Shown: positions 39,731 to 49,367 of the stretch, in pieces
Position numbering within the stretch: the stretch's first letter is position 1
Layout: the number at the start of each line of letters is the position of its first letter
Assembly (NCBI GenBank): GCA_016744705.1
Contig: JADGDU010000004.1
Span: 14,209-78,208, forward strand
Direction: 5' to 3'
Length of the DNA stretch: 64,000 nucleotides
Source of the DNA: Candidatus Krumholzibacteriia bacterium
GTDB taxonomy: Bacteria > Krumholzibacteriota > Krumholzibacteriia > LZORAL124-64-63
The notes under the pieces: generated by a model
Told to the model about the DNA's origin: nothing
The model's database searches: none
The model's input: the letters and a program-made list of their open reading frames with translations, nothing else
Translations under genes and position numbers: made by a program

Positions 39731-41737
39731 TCAGTCCTGGGGTTTGCCCAGGACCTTGTGAATGGTATCCACCAGAAGCCCGGTGGATACCGGTTTCTGT
39801 AAACAACCGGCGATGCCGGCATCTTTAAAACGATCGACAACTTCCTGTTCGCTGAAACCACTCATGAGGATGATGGGAATGTCTTTGCAAATGGCGTGCA
39901 TTGCCCGTTGCACCTCTTCCCCATTGAGACGTGGCATGCTGAAATCAAGCAGCACACAATCAATGGATTCGTGATGTTCGGTAAATACATCGACCGCATC
40001 CTGACCATCATTGGCCTCCAAAATATCAAAGCCGGCATGTTTCAGTTTACGGGAAAGAATATCCCGCAGAGCACGTTCGTCGTCCGCAACAAGGATGCAT
40101 TTTTGCTCAGTGCTTATAATGGAAGATACCGCATCTCCGGCAGGTGCAGAGGCTTTTTCTACAGTAGGCAATAAGACGGTGAAAGTGGTTCCTTTTTGTT
40201 CTTCACTTTCGACGAGGATCACACCCCCGTGTCTTTTGACAATACCCTGGACTGCTGACAGCCCGAGGCCATGGCCAGTGGCCTTGGTTGTGAAGAAGGG
40301 ATCAAAAATTTGCGCGATTAAATTTTTGTCCAACCCCGGCCCAGTGTCACTGACACTCAAGCGGACATACTGCCCCGCTTTCAGCTCTCCATGAGGGTCC
40401 AAAAGCTCAAGTTCGGATTGATCGTATTCCACAAGTGTGGAGCGAACCACAATCCGTCCCGCGTTTTCGCCAATGGCTTCCCCAGCATTGGTCACCAGGT
40501 TCATAAAGACCTGGAGCAGTTGATTTTCGTCGCCTTCCACATGGATTGGTTGCTTCGAGAGCTGGTATTCGAGGGTCGCTTTTTTGGAAATCGATGCCAG
40601 CACAAGGTTACTGATTTCCGGAACCAGGACCCCGATCTCAATGGTAGAACGTTCAATGGATCCGCGTCCCGCGTAGTCGAGCATCCGCTGGCAGAACTGC
40701 CCAGCACGTTTGCTGGCCTCGACGATGTCGGACAACATTTCCTGAACCACGGAATCTTCAGGCAGGAGCTCACGGCCAAACTCGGCATTGGCTAAAACAG
40801 TGGAAAGTACATTATTGAAATCATGGGCTATCCCCCCGGCCAGCACACCCAGGGCTTCCATTTTGGCAGCTTGCCGCAGTTGCTCTTCCAGGACCAATTC
40901 CCGGGCCCGTTGTTCCCGTAGTGATTCTTCAGCGCGTCCTCGTTCCACCGCCAGGCCCGTCATGCTGGCCGCAGCCTTCAGACGTCCCAATTGCTCTTCA
41001 GTGGGAATACAAGGGACAGGAGAATAGAGCGCACACGCCCCCAATACATTTCCGGTTTTACTGGCGAAAGGAAAAGACCAGCAGGCGGCAACTCCCGCAC
41101 TTTTAGCCAACACGGCCAAATCCGCCCAAAGAGGATCCGCCTGAATATCTGTTACGATGACCGGAACATTCCAATAGATAGCTGTACCACAGGAACCAAC
41201 GGTGGGGCCAATGGCATACCCATCAACGGCTGCATTATATTCTTCGGGTAAACTGGGACCGGCACCGCGCACAAATTTTCCGTCGGCCACCAAAAGGATA
41301 GAGCATTTGAAACCAGGGTTTTGATCTTCAACAATCTTGGCAATGGTGTGCAGCGTTCCCAGGACGGTGGCTTCATCATCTGAATCCTGGGGTCCGCTGG
41401 CTTCCTCCACAGATTCCACACATCGGGCCAGAATTATGGATTCACCCTTGTGCTCAACAACACGCATGTTCAGTGAGAGAGGCTCTCCATGGCGGGTTTT
41501 ATGCCTGACCTCACAGCAGGCCTGCTTCCCCTGGAGAGTCAATTCTGCCGCCTCGACGTCGGCCGGATTAAGCCACTGGAGGAAGGGTTTTTTGGTCAAT
41601 TCCTCTTGGTTGAATCCCGTTTGGCTCAGAAAAGAAGCATTGGCTCGAAAGAAACCTTCAGTACCCTTGGTACGCAAAACCATGGCGGGGTCTGGAAATT
41701 TTTGCTCATATGGGGATCCAGGTGTTGATAGGTTCAT
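39731..41737 (-). CDS. Cytoplasmic hybrid histidine kinase (PAS-GAF-HisKA-HATPase-REC)
   Basis: GAF (GSCGTAIY...DIQADPLW), H-box GIAHDFNN, FDPFFTTK..G.GLGL, receiver LLDFSMP...KP. Start placed at ATG 41737. Confidence 0.92.
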   Translation of the reverse strand: MNLSTPGSPYEQKFPDPAMVLRTKGTEGFFRANASFLSQTGFNQEELTKKPFLQWLNPADVEAAELTLQGKQACCEVRHKTRHGEPLSLNMRVVEHKGESIILARCVESVEEASGPQDSDDEATVLGTLHTIAKIVEDQNPGFKCSILLVADGKFVRGAGPSLPEEYNAAVDGYAIGPTVGSCGTAIYWNVPVIVTDIQADPLWADLAVLAKSAGVAACWSFPFASKTGNVLGACALYSPVPCIPTEEQLGRLKAAASMTGLAVERGRAEESLREQRARELVLEEQLRQAAKMEALGVLAGGIAHDFNNVLSTVLANAEFGRELLPEDSVVQEMLSDIVEASKRAGQFCQRMLDYAGRGSIERSTIEIGVLVPEISNLVLASISKKATLEYQLSKQPIHVEGDENQLLQVFMNLVTNAGEAIGENAGRIVVRSTLVEYDQSELELLDPHGELKAGQYVRLSVSDTGPGLDKNLIAQIFDPFFTTKATGHGLGLSAVQGIVKRHGGVILVESEEQKGTTFTVLLPTVEKASAPAGDAVSSIISTEQKCILVADDERALRDILSRKLKHAGFDILEANDGQDAVDVFTEHHESIDCVLLDFSMPRLNGEEVQRAMHAICKDIPIILMSGFSEQEVVDRFKDAGIAGCLQKPVSTGLLVDTIHKVLGKPQD

Positions 41738-41839
41738 AATGACCACGGCTTCTTTCCTCGTTGATTCCTGTCGTCTCCTTCCCCCATAAATCGACACAAT
41801 CATAAATTACCTAAGCCATATTGTGAACATAAGAATTCA

Positions 41840-41880
41840 ACAAAGCAGAGGAAACCGGTGTGCCATCGGTTTCCTCTGCT
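41840..41880 (-). terminator. Rho-independent terminator after ECF/HEAT operon
   Basis: Stem AGCAGAGGAAACCG/CGGTTTCCTCTGCT (41844-41880), followed by TTTG on the minus strand. Confidence 0.75.
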
Positions 41881-41900
41881 CCATTATTCCACAAGGATAA

Positions 41901-43238
41901 TCAGTGTTTATCTTCTAATATTTCCACCAAAAAGTCTGCCGCCCTCGGGTCATCAAACTGTCCCAGCCAGAACACCATATCCTGCTTCACTTCGAGATCT
42001 TTCTCATTGCGGGCAAAATCAAGCATCACATCCAATGCTTTGTCCTGGTCCTTATGCATGCTCAACAAGTGCCAAACCTGAGATTTCAAATCTTCCGATT
42101 CTGGTCCGGCTTTGCTGTAAATATCCTGGAGAAATTGTACCGACAGCTTGCTGTGCGCCCCCAAAGAATACAGAGCCTGAGTTTTTAAATCTTCGTCCAA
42201 ATTCTCTTGGTTGATCATGTCCATCAGAATTTTGTCTGCCTTGGCATTGTCCATATTTGCCAGAGCCATGAGCATGGCTTCCTGCATTTCCGGGCTTTCA
42301 GTTTTATCGGAGAACTGGTCCAGAAACTCCAGCAATTCTTCATCCCTATCAAACTCACTCATGGCCAGAAGGGCATGTTGCCGGATATCCATTTCGAGGC
42401 TCTTGTCTTTAACCGTAGTAGTCAGAAAACTAAAGACTTTAGCAGATTGCTGGTGGTCATCCATATTCATCATGGATATGAGGATAGCCTCGGCCAAATG
42501 GGGGTTTTTATTACGCTGAAAAAGCCCCATCAGTTTATCAATGCCTTCGTCGCTGGGATTCATGGCCACGCAGAAGATGACATTCTCCAAAAATTCCTCA
42601 TCAGTTTCTGTTTCGAGCATATCCAAAAGCATTGTTTGGAACTTGGGCCCTCCCTGATGGCAAGCCACCATAACGGCATGGTTACGCAATTCCCTGTTTT
42701 CCGGAGAATCATCCTGCATGATTTTTTCCAGCATGGGCAAGGCTCGGTCAGGGTCCATTTGCAACAGCGCCTGCAAAGCCGCCACCCTGGTTTGGACCCG
42801 GCGTTCCTGACCCTTTGCTCGTTCGTGCACTTCACGGACGGCGTCGGCTTCTCCGCGGCGGGCCAGCTCACCATAAATTCGGGCTGCCAAAGCTTCACTT
42901 TCAGCCCGGGTTTCACGGTCGGCGTATTGCATCTCTTCCAGGTTCAACAATTCAGCAGCCCGCTTCAATTCGTGAGTGGGACGAAGCCGGGAGCGGGAAA
43001 ATGCTTCCCAATATAGGGCCAGGCTAATCTCTTCTTTTTCCTGGGCCAGCTTGCGTGATTCAGCAAACAGCTTCGCCGCCTCGGCATAGTCGGACCGGTT
43101 CAAGGCCTCCCGGGCTTCACGGGACAGTTCTTCAGAATCAGGGTCTGCTGCCAGAACTTGGCCGGAGAAGGAAAGCAAGACCAGCAGCACCAGAACTAAA
43201 CCTGCGATGCCAGCTGCATTTTGAGTCAATCGTGACAT
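41901..43238 (-). CDS. Exported HEAT-repeat protein
   Basis: Signal peptide, TPR-like N-terminus (ALYWEAFS), HEAT repeats ending VFWLGQFDDPRAADFLVEIL. Confidence 0.82.
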   Translation of the reverse strand: MSRLTQNAAGIAGLVLVLLVLLSFSGQVLAADPDSEELSREAREALNRSDYAEAAKLFAESRKLAQEKEEISLALYWEAFSRSRLRPTHELKRAAELLNLEEMQYADRETRAESEALAARIYGELARRGEADAVREVHERAKGQERRVQTRVAALQALLQMDPDRALPMLEKIMQDDSPENRELRNHAVMVACHQGGPKFQTMLLDMLETETDEEFLENVIFCVAMNPSDEGIDKLMGLFQRNKNPHLAEAILISMMNMDDHQQSAKVFSFLTTTVKDKSLEMDIRQHALLAMSEFDRDEELLEFLDQFSDKTESPEMQEAMLMALANMDNAKADKILMDMINQENLDEDLKTQALYSLGAHSKLSVQFLQDIYSKAGPESEDLKSQVWHLLSMHKDQDKALDVMLDFARNEKDLEVKQDMVFWLGQFDDPRAADFLVEILEDKH

Positions 43239-43250
43239 GATGAAACCTTT

Positions 43251-43871
43251 CTATAGAGGAGCCAACTGGTTGTTGCGGGTTGAGGCCGCACGCAACCGAT
43301 CGACAGTAGCTCGTTGGGTAAGGCCGGAACGTATCCAGGCCACATCCCGATCGCACCGATCGGGATTGATGGTGATGATTTGTGCGAGAACCAATTCCAG
43401 ATCCGTCAAAAGACCTGCCAATTCCACATTTTCGGACGCGGGACTGTTTTGCAAGACCCTGGTCTGGATTAACATGTTGCCAGCCCAACGGCTTGTGGAT
43501 TCCATTTGCTGGGCACTGCAGCCCTCCATGCGAAAATCCGTCAAAAGAGCATCAGCGCGGTCAAAGAGGGCCAAAGTGGTGACCGCATACATCTCCGACA
43601 CATGCACGGGTGTCGTTTCCGCCGGCGCGGCCAATTCGGCCACAACAGGGTTTACGGGCTCGGGTAAAGCCCAGCGACCAATGCCAATACCGATGACCAA
43701 AACCGCCGCCGTGGCCAGGGCAGCTCTCCACAGCGGAAACCGTGGCTTTAGAATGGGCTGACTTCGTCCAGCCTGCACCGCCTTCCACATACGCTCCGCG
43801 GGGACCTCCGGCGGCACATTGTGCGTTTGGCGGGCCTCATCAAGCAGTTGTTCAAATTCTTTTTCGTTCAT
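43251..43871 (-). CDS. Putative anti-sigma factor (single TM)
   Basis: PAERMWKAV motif, TM AALATAAVLVIGIGIG; directly downstream of and overlapping the ECF sigma. Confidence 0.75.
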   Translation of the reverse strand: MNEKEFEQLLDEARQTHNVPPEVPAERMWKAVQAGRSQPILKPRFPLWRAALATAAVLVIGIGIGRWALPEPVNPVVAELAAPAETTPVHVSEMYAVTTLALFDRADALLTDFRMEGCSAQQMESTSRWAGNMLIQTRVLQNSPASENVELAGLLTDLELVLAQIITINPDRCDRDVAWIRSGLTQRATVDRLRAASTRNNQLAPL

Positions 43872-44431
43872 GATCCCGTCTCCAGATCGGTCTTCATGGT
43901 TTTGTACTCAGACAACAGGGCCCGCAGTTTTTTCCTGGCTCGGGACAACCGTGCTTTGGCTGTGCCCACCGGAGTACCCATGGCTTCGGCAATCTCCGGA
44001 TGGGTGAATCCTTCGAGGTCATGCATCACCAGGACCAGGCGATGTTTCACGTCCAAGGTCTCGATGGCCCCATCCAGCCTGCGCCGCAGATCACTGTCTG
44101 CTGGTGGTACAGCCGTGGCCGATTCCAAAACCTCGGGGTCCACTTCTCCGGTTTCGAATTGCCGGATGCGTTGGCGTTTTCGCAATGCCGAATAGATCAC
44201 CGAAGTGGCAATGCGGTGCAACCAACCCTGGAAGGGTCCGTCACCTCTGAAATCGGCCAGCCGGTCGAAGGCCCTCATGAACGTATCCTGAGTCAAATCT
44301 TCAGCCAGGGTTGCATCCCCTGTCATGCGGTAGGCCAAGCGGTACACCCGGCCCACATGGGCGTCGTACAATCCGCGTTGCGCTGCAGCATTTCCGCTGA
44401 GGGTATTTTTAATCAGGCTTTGCTCGTCCAC
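43868..44431 (-). CDS. ECF RNA polymerase sigma factor (RpoE/SigW-like)
   Basis: AEDLTQDTF, WLHRIA, HDLEGFTHPEIA..MG.PVGTAKARLSRAR. Confidence 0.95.
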   Translation of the reverse strand: MDEQSLIKNTLSGNAAAQRGLYDAHVGRVYRLAYRMTGDATLAEDLTQDTFMRAFDRLADFRGDGPFQGWLHRIATSVIYSALRKRQRIRQFETGEVDPEVLESATAVPPADSDLRRRLDGAIETLDVKHRLVLVMHDLEGFTHPEIAEAMGTPVGTAKARLSRARKKLRALLSEYKTMKTDLETGS

Positions 44432-44478
44432 GTCTACTCCGCTGAGGCCGCTGTTGGTTCGGTGATCTTCTTATTGTC

Positions 44479-44507
44479 TAGACACTATGTTCGAGCCAAG
44501 GGTTGCA
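44479..44507 (-). promoter_or_regulatory. Putative ECF-type autoregulatory promoter
   Basis: Minus strand TGCAACCC-N16-GTCTA, matching the AAC / GTC pattern of ECF promoters, about 48 nt upstream of the sigma start. Confidence 0.6.
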
Positions 44508-44631
44508 CTGAAAGAAATATTTTTAAAATTCACCAAAAGGAATTGGTGGCTGGTTGGTTTGGCTGGGCAAGAAGGTTCACACAATACACCATTTATACAA
44601 CGTCCCCCCCGTATTTTCAGGAGCAGAAATC

Positions 44632-45933
44632 ATGAACGATCTTAAAACTTTTCTCACCATAGTTTTGGTCTTGGTCCTCAGCACGTGCCTCCTCTCGGCT
44701 TGTTCCGATGATGACCCCGTGACCCCTTCAGGGGACGACGAAGGCACCTATGAGCCTCCCGAGTTGGCCGGTACCTACATCATCGTAGACACAGATCAAA
44801 TCGTTTGTTATGACGACGAAAACGTGGTTTCTGCTCCAGCCTCTAGTGAAGCGTTCTACGGACAGGATGCCCAAATCGAGGGTGCCCAACCCAGCTTCGT
44901 TGTCAGTGACGACGGGCTGACCACCTATGATGAAGTGACGGGCCTGACCTGGGTGAGCTCGCCTGATACTGACGGTGATGGAGAATTGGAATCCCCCGAA
45001 GACAAACTGACCTGGACTGCGGCCCAGACTTACCCCGCCACCTTGAATGCAGCAGAATTTGGTGGGTTTGACGACTGGCGTCTACCGACCATCAAGGAGC
45101 TCTACTCCTTAATCCAGTACAGCGGTGAAGATGTTTCCCCTGAAAGCCCAAACGGCAGCTTGCCCTTCATCGATACCGATGCTTTCACTTTTGTTTATGG
45201 CAATACAGATGCGCAAGAACGGGTCATCGATTCTCAATATGCCAGCAGCACTCTGTACGTAGGCCAATCGGCCGAAGGTCAGCTTCTGTTTGGAGTCAAC
45301 TTTGCCGACGGCCGCATCAAGGGCTACGGCCTGGAGATGCCCGGGATGGGCGAAAAAACCTTCTTCGTCCAGTGCGTGCGGGGTAACAACGCCTACGGCA
45401 TCAATGCTTTCGCCGACAACGCAGACGGCACCATCACCGACAGCGCCACCGGCTTGATGTGGACCCAGGACGACAGTGGAGTCTCCGTTCCTGCTGGCTT
45501 CAACTGGGAAGAGGCCTTGGCCTGGGTGCAAACTCAAAACGCCGCCGAGTATTTGGGCTACAGCAATTGGCGCCTACCCAACGTTAAGGAACTGGAGAGC
45601 ATCGTCGATTACACCCGCTCACCCTGGACCACCGATTCGGCTGCTATTGACCCCTTGTTCAACGCCACCGTCATCACCGACGAGGCCGGAGAAGACGACT
45701 ATGCCTTCTACTGGAGCGGAACCACACATGCCAGTACCATGGGCGGCGGAGGCGCCTGTTATGTGGCCTTCGGAAAATCTCTGGGCTATATGAATGACAC
45801 TTGGATGGATGTGCACGGTGCTGGCTCCCAACGCAGTGACCCCAAAGCCGGGAACCCCGATGACTATCCCAACGGCCATGGTCCCCAGGGTGATGCCATC
45901 AGGATTTACAACCTGGTGCGGTTGGTCAGGTAA
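44632..45933 (+). CDS. DUF1566 (Lcl C-terminal domain) tandem-domain lipoprotein
   Basis: Lipobox LSAC; two copies of D..TGL.W ... WRLP..KEL; C-terminal DVHGAGSQRSDPK. Start ATG 44632 with SD AGGAG. Confidence 0.9.
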   Translation: MNDLKTFLTIVLVLVLSTCLLSACSDDDPVTPSGDDEGTYEPPELAGTYIIVDTDQIVCYDDENVVSAPASSEAFYGQDAQIEGAQPSFVVSDDGLTTYDEVTGLTWVSSPDTDGDGELESPEDKLTWTAAQTYPATLNAAEFGGFDDWRLPTIKELYSLIQYSGEDVSPESPNGSLPFIDTDAFTFVYGNTDAQERVIDSQYASSTLYVGQSAEGQLLFGVNFADGRIKGYGLEMPGMGEKTFFVQCVRGNNAYGINAFADNADGTITDSATGLMWTQDDSGVSVPAGFNWEEALAWVQTQNAAEYLGYSNWRLPNVKELESIVDYTRSPWTTDSAAIDPLFNATVITDEAGEDDYAFYWSGTTHASTMGGGGACYVAFGKSLGYMNDTWMDVHGAGSQRSDPKAGNPDDYPNGHGPQGDAIRIYNLVRLVR

Positions 45934-45978
45934 ACAGATTTTACACTCTACAATGGCAATCATTATCACATGATGGCC

Positions 45979-46012
45979 AATAAAACGGGGAGCCCACGCT
46001 CCCCGTTTTATT
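45979..46012. terminator. Rho-independent terminator (possibly bidirectional)
   Basis: Perfect 15-bp stem AATAAAACGGGGAGC-CCAC-GCTCCCCGTTTTATT. Confidence 0.85.
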
Positions 46013-46123
46013 CCCTCCTCACACCAACAGGCCCTAAACTCTGCCAGATTTGTCTTGAATCGTCTCCTCCCCAAGGATACCATACTTAAGGGATAGGATT
46101 TTACCTCAACGGGGAGAAAAACC

Positions 46124-47074
46124 ATGACACAATCAACACCCATCATTCCAATACTCCGCTACACGGTTTTCACCCTCCTCATTTTTCTGATCCCCTCCCA
46201 AGCTTCGGCCTATACCAAATACACTATTAATGACGATGAGACTTATTGCGGCAGTTGCCATGGAGATTTCCGGGATAATAATTACATATCTGCAGTGGAC
46301 GGAGAAAACTGGGGAGATATCCACGACCTGCACCGTAGCACAATGCTTAGCGGCGATTGCAACGCCTGCCACATTGCCGGAGACTACTTTCCCGTTTACA
46401 TGGATTCTTCAGTGGGCGGAAGTGGGTTGGATCCTATCGGTTGCATGGGATGCCATGGTCGGGACGAAGACAATGTCCCTGGAAACCCCTCTTATCCTTT
46501 TGGGGCCGGAGCCGGGCTCAGACAACACCACACCAACACAGGTGTTGATGATTGCCTCGCCTGCCATGATGATGCCAGCCCCTCAAATTATACCCCTGTG
46601 GGTGAGTCAGTTTTGCCTCCCTATTATGCCGACCCGGGAAACTCCCATCCAGCCATGCCCACTGTTCCCTGCAATGACGATGGATCCGAAAATTTTGCCG
46701 GCCTCAGCATTGGCTTAGACAATGATGGAGACGGCCTATATGATGCGGTCGATCCTGAGTGCAACCTCTCCGGTCTGCCTGATGGTGTGTTGCCTGTGGC
46801 CATGCTATCCCAGAATCATCCGAACCCATTCAACCCCAGCACCACCATTGAGTACATGGTCAGCAGCCCAGGCCAAGTGCGGTTGCAGGTTTTCTCCATG
46901 AGTGGGAAACTGGTCACCACTCTGGTTGATGCACAGCACGATGTAGCTGATACGTATCAAGCGGTGTGGAATGGTCATGACGATCAAGGCCGGCCCCTGC
47001 CCAGTGGAGTCTTTTTCTATCGCCTGGCATCCTCCAGAGGGTCTGAAATGAAGAAAATGATTTTACTGAAATAG
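46124..47074 (+). CDS. Tetraheme c-type cytochrome with FlgD-Ig/T9SS-like C-terminal sorting domain
   Basis: Signal peptide; CGSCH, CNACH, CMGCH, CLACH; DNDGDG motif; NHPNPFNPST...SGVFFYRL...KKMILLK. Confidence 0.9.
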   Translation: MTQSTPIIPILRYTVFTLLIFLIPSQASAYTKYTINDDETYCGSCHGDFRDNNYISAVDGENWGDIHDLHRSTMLSGDCNACHIAGDYFPVYMDSSVGGSGLDPIGCMGCHGRDEDNVPGNPSYPFGAGAGLRQHHTNTGVDDCLACHDDASPSNYTPVGESVLPPYYADPGNSHPAMPTVPCNDDGSENFAGLSIGLDNDGDGLYDAVDPECNLSGLPDGVLPVAMLSQNHPNPFNPSTTIEYMVSSPGQVRLQVFSMSGKLVTTLVDAQHDVADTYQAVWNGHDDQGRPLPSGVFFYRLASSRGSEMKKMILLK

Positions 47075-47097
47075 CTTTCCATCTCAGGAATAGTCAG

Positions 47098-47133
47098 TGA
47101 CCCGCCCCACCCAGGGCGGGTCATTTTCCTTTT
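47098..47133 (+). terminator. Rho-independent terminator after cytochrome gene
   Basis: TGACCCGCCC-CACCCA-GGGCGGGTCA followed by TTTTCCTTTTT. Confidence 0.85.
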
Positions 47134-47423
47134 TGCGCAATGAATCGAGTGGGCCAATATTTACCCCGCATGGTGAAAATACTTCCTCAAAAAGACATAA
47201 CCCTATTGTTTCTATAGGGGTTATTTTGAAAACAAAGAAAAGGATTAGACAAAAAAGGATTTCCAAAGTCCAATTTTCATCCTCGAATCATAGAGAATCG
47301 AGAATGATGGAGATTGGACTAATTTGTGCAATAGGGGTTCGTTGGATTTTATTCCGTTCCATGAGGGAGCGGGTTATTTCATGTCTGGTCCTGGCACCAG
47401 ACGCTTCAAGACGGAGGACCCCC

Positions 47424-48281
47424 ATGAAGAAGAACTCTTGGCTTCTGGTAGCAGCAGTGTTGCTGAGCTTGAGCATGGTATTGTTTGCTGGCTGTGACGA
47501 AGACTCGGAAACAATAACCAATACCACCATTATTGAGAGCAAACCATTTGTCAAAGCCATCATTGGACTGGGAGCAAGGTACAAAGCGGAAGACTATTCC
47601 AGTCAGGCCTTAGTCCAGGTTAGCAATTTTTCCATCGTTCCTGGGGTCATGATCAATGGGGGCGTATTACCAGTGAATACTGAATCTACCATTTATGGCG
47701 GTGGAATAGGCTTTGTGGGCGAATATCCAGAGACTGATGATTTCATGGCTAATCTCGTGGTAGGCTTTGGTGAAGGATCCGAGACCGGGACAGCCAGTAT
47801 TATCATGCCTGGCACGAGCGAAGAAATCGGTGATACAGAAATTCAAATGGTCGATTTTGAAGGCATCGAAGTTTCCTGGACCACTGCGGAAAGAGCAGAA
47901 AAATACATGGTCATTGGATACTTTGAGGGCAATTACGTGGACCAGGATGATGAGAATCAGAACTGGTTTTATCAATTCTCCCTTGAAACCACTGATACAA
48001 CCTTAACAATCGCGGCCTCACATATCTGGCCTCCCGAAGCAGATGTTCTTTCTATCAGCAACATTTGGGGAGACCTGGATGTCTTGCCGGTGACAGGTCC
48101 AACAACGCCTGGCGAAGCGGGAAATGTCACTGGCTCCTGCCAGGGAGTCATGGTCGGTTACGGGCATTTCCTGGATTGGGATTTGAACTATAACCCTCTA
48201 AAACAGGACCCCGAATTTGAAAACCGGGAAGCCGATCTCGATTGGCCAGTCCGTTTGATGGAAATGATTTCTCCCCGGTAG
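47424..48281 (+). CDS. Acidic beta-rich lipoprotein of unknown function
   Basis: Start ATG 47424 (SD GGAGG), lipobox FAGC. The upstream extension in the ORF track (from 47097) is probably non-coding. Confidence 0.78.
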   Translation: MKKNSWLLVAAVLLSLSMVLFAGCDEDSETITNTTIIESKPFVKAIIGLGARYKAEDYSSQALVQVSNFSIVPGVMINGGVLPVNTESTIYGGGIGFVGEYPETDDFMANLVVGFGEGSETGTASIIMPGTSEEIGDTEIQMVDFEGIEVSWTTAERAEKYMVIGYFEGNYVDQDDENQNWFYQFSLETTDTTLTIAASHIWPPEADVLSISNIWGDLDVLPVTGPTTPGEAGNVTGSCQGVMVGYGHFLDWDLNYNPLKQDPEFENREADLDWPVRLMEMISPR

Positions 48282-48302
48282 GAAAAATCGAAATATCAGA
48301 AA

Positions 48303-48345
48303 GAAACGAGCCGCCGGAGAATGTATCTCCGGCGGCTCGTATTTT
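48303..48345. terminator. Bidirectional terminator between convergent genes
   Basis: 15-bp stem ACGAGCCGCCGGAGA/TCTCCGGCGGCTCGT (48306-48340), flanked by A and T runs. Confidence 0.85.
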
Positions 48346-48362
48346 ACGAAGCCATCTATGAC

Positions 48363-49151
48363 TTAAGCTTTGGCCGATTGAAATAGACCAAAAACAGCAT
48401 TCTGAGGATCCTGAACCACCGAAAAATGCCCCATGGAAGGAATCTCCGTGGTGGGAACCAGAATGTTGGCGCCCAACTCTGCGGCTTTGCTGGCAGCCCC
48501 AGCGCAATCATCAACCTGGAAATAAACCATCCAGTTGGGAGGAATGGGGCCCATTTCTGGAGTAATTGCCATCATACCGGCAGCAGGTCCTGCACCGGAA
48601 ATGAAGATTGTATAATCTCTCATCCCCTCGGTGTCACTGGTTTGAGTCTTCATATCCAGCAGATTACTATAAAAATCTGTGGCCGCTGCTGTGTCGTTGG
48701 TCAGCAATTCGCCCCAACAGAAAGTATTGGCTTCTTCTTTCAACTGGATGCCCCCATGAACATTGGCTTGCCAAAGGCAGAATGTGGCACCCTGAGGATC
48801 GGCCAGTACAGACATTCGGCCCGCATCCATAATATCCATGGGGCCCATGAGCACCTGCCCACCCAGTTCGGCGACTTTGTTGGTGGTGGCATCAACGTCC
48901 GCGACATTGAAATAGAGGCCCCAGTGGGGTGGAACATTTTGGCTGGCTTGCTCGGGGGTTAATTTGTGCATGGCCCCAGTGATTTTGTCATTGAGCATGA
49001 ATTGAGTGTACAGACCGTAATCGCCCATATCCTGATCGCTACGATTCCAACCAAAGAGCGAGCCGTAAAATTTTCCCGAGGCATCGGGATCCGGGCTGGC
49101 TAATTCAACGTAACAAATGGTGCCGGGTGCGTGTTCCTTGAAATCTGGCAT
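48363..49151 (-). CDS. VOC/glyoxalase family protein (two domains)
   Basis: PGTICYVEL, FYGSLFGW, W..YF.V.D, DPQGA.F repeated twice. Start placed at ATG 49151. Confidence 0.92.
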   Translation of the reverse strand: MPDFKEHAPGTICYVELASPDPDASGKFYGSLFGWNRSDQDMGDYGLYTQFMLNDKITGAMHKLTPEQASQNVPPHWGLYFNVADVDATTNKVAELGGQVLMGPMDIMDAGRMSVLADPQGATFCLWQANVHGGIQLKEEANTFCWGELLTNDTAAATDFYSNLLDMKTQTSDTEGMRDYTIFISGAGPAAGMMAITPEMGPIPPNWMVYFQVDDCAGAASKAAELGANILVPTTEIPSMGHFSVVQDPQNAVFGLFQSAKA

Positions 49152-49367
49152 GATGCAATCCTTCCAGCTAAAACCGATACGCAAGGATTATCACGTTCGG
49201 TAAAATGTACTTTTAGTCGGGAAACTTCCTTGGTGGAATTTACATAAATCTGGAGAGTTCCGCCTCTCATTAAAATAGAGAAGTGCCTGGCATGGCTTCA
49301 CCACTCTCCCAATCGGGCAGTCCCCAAAAATCACTCTATTTCAAGGAGGTTTTGTTCGGTGAGTGTT

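Noticed and set aside
47097-47423. 109-aa N-terminal extension of the lipoprotein ORF
   Set aside because: Overlaps a terminator and AT-rich intergenic DNA; the SD and lipoprotein signal start at 47424.
49250-49312. GGAGAGT...ACTCTCC stem with inner hairpin as a possible riboswitch or tRNA remnant
   Set aside because: No glycine-riboswitch or tRNA consensus elements; more simply a 3' structure of the kinase transcript.
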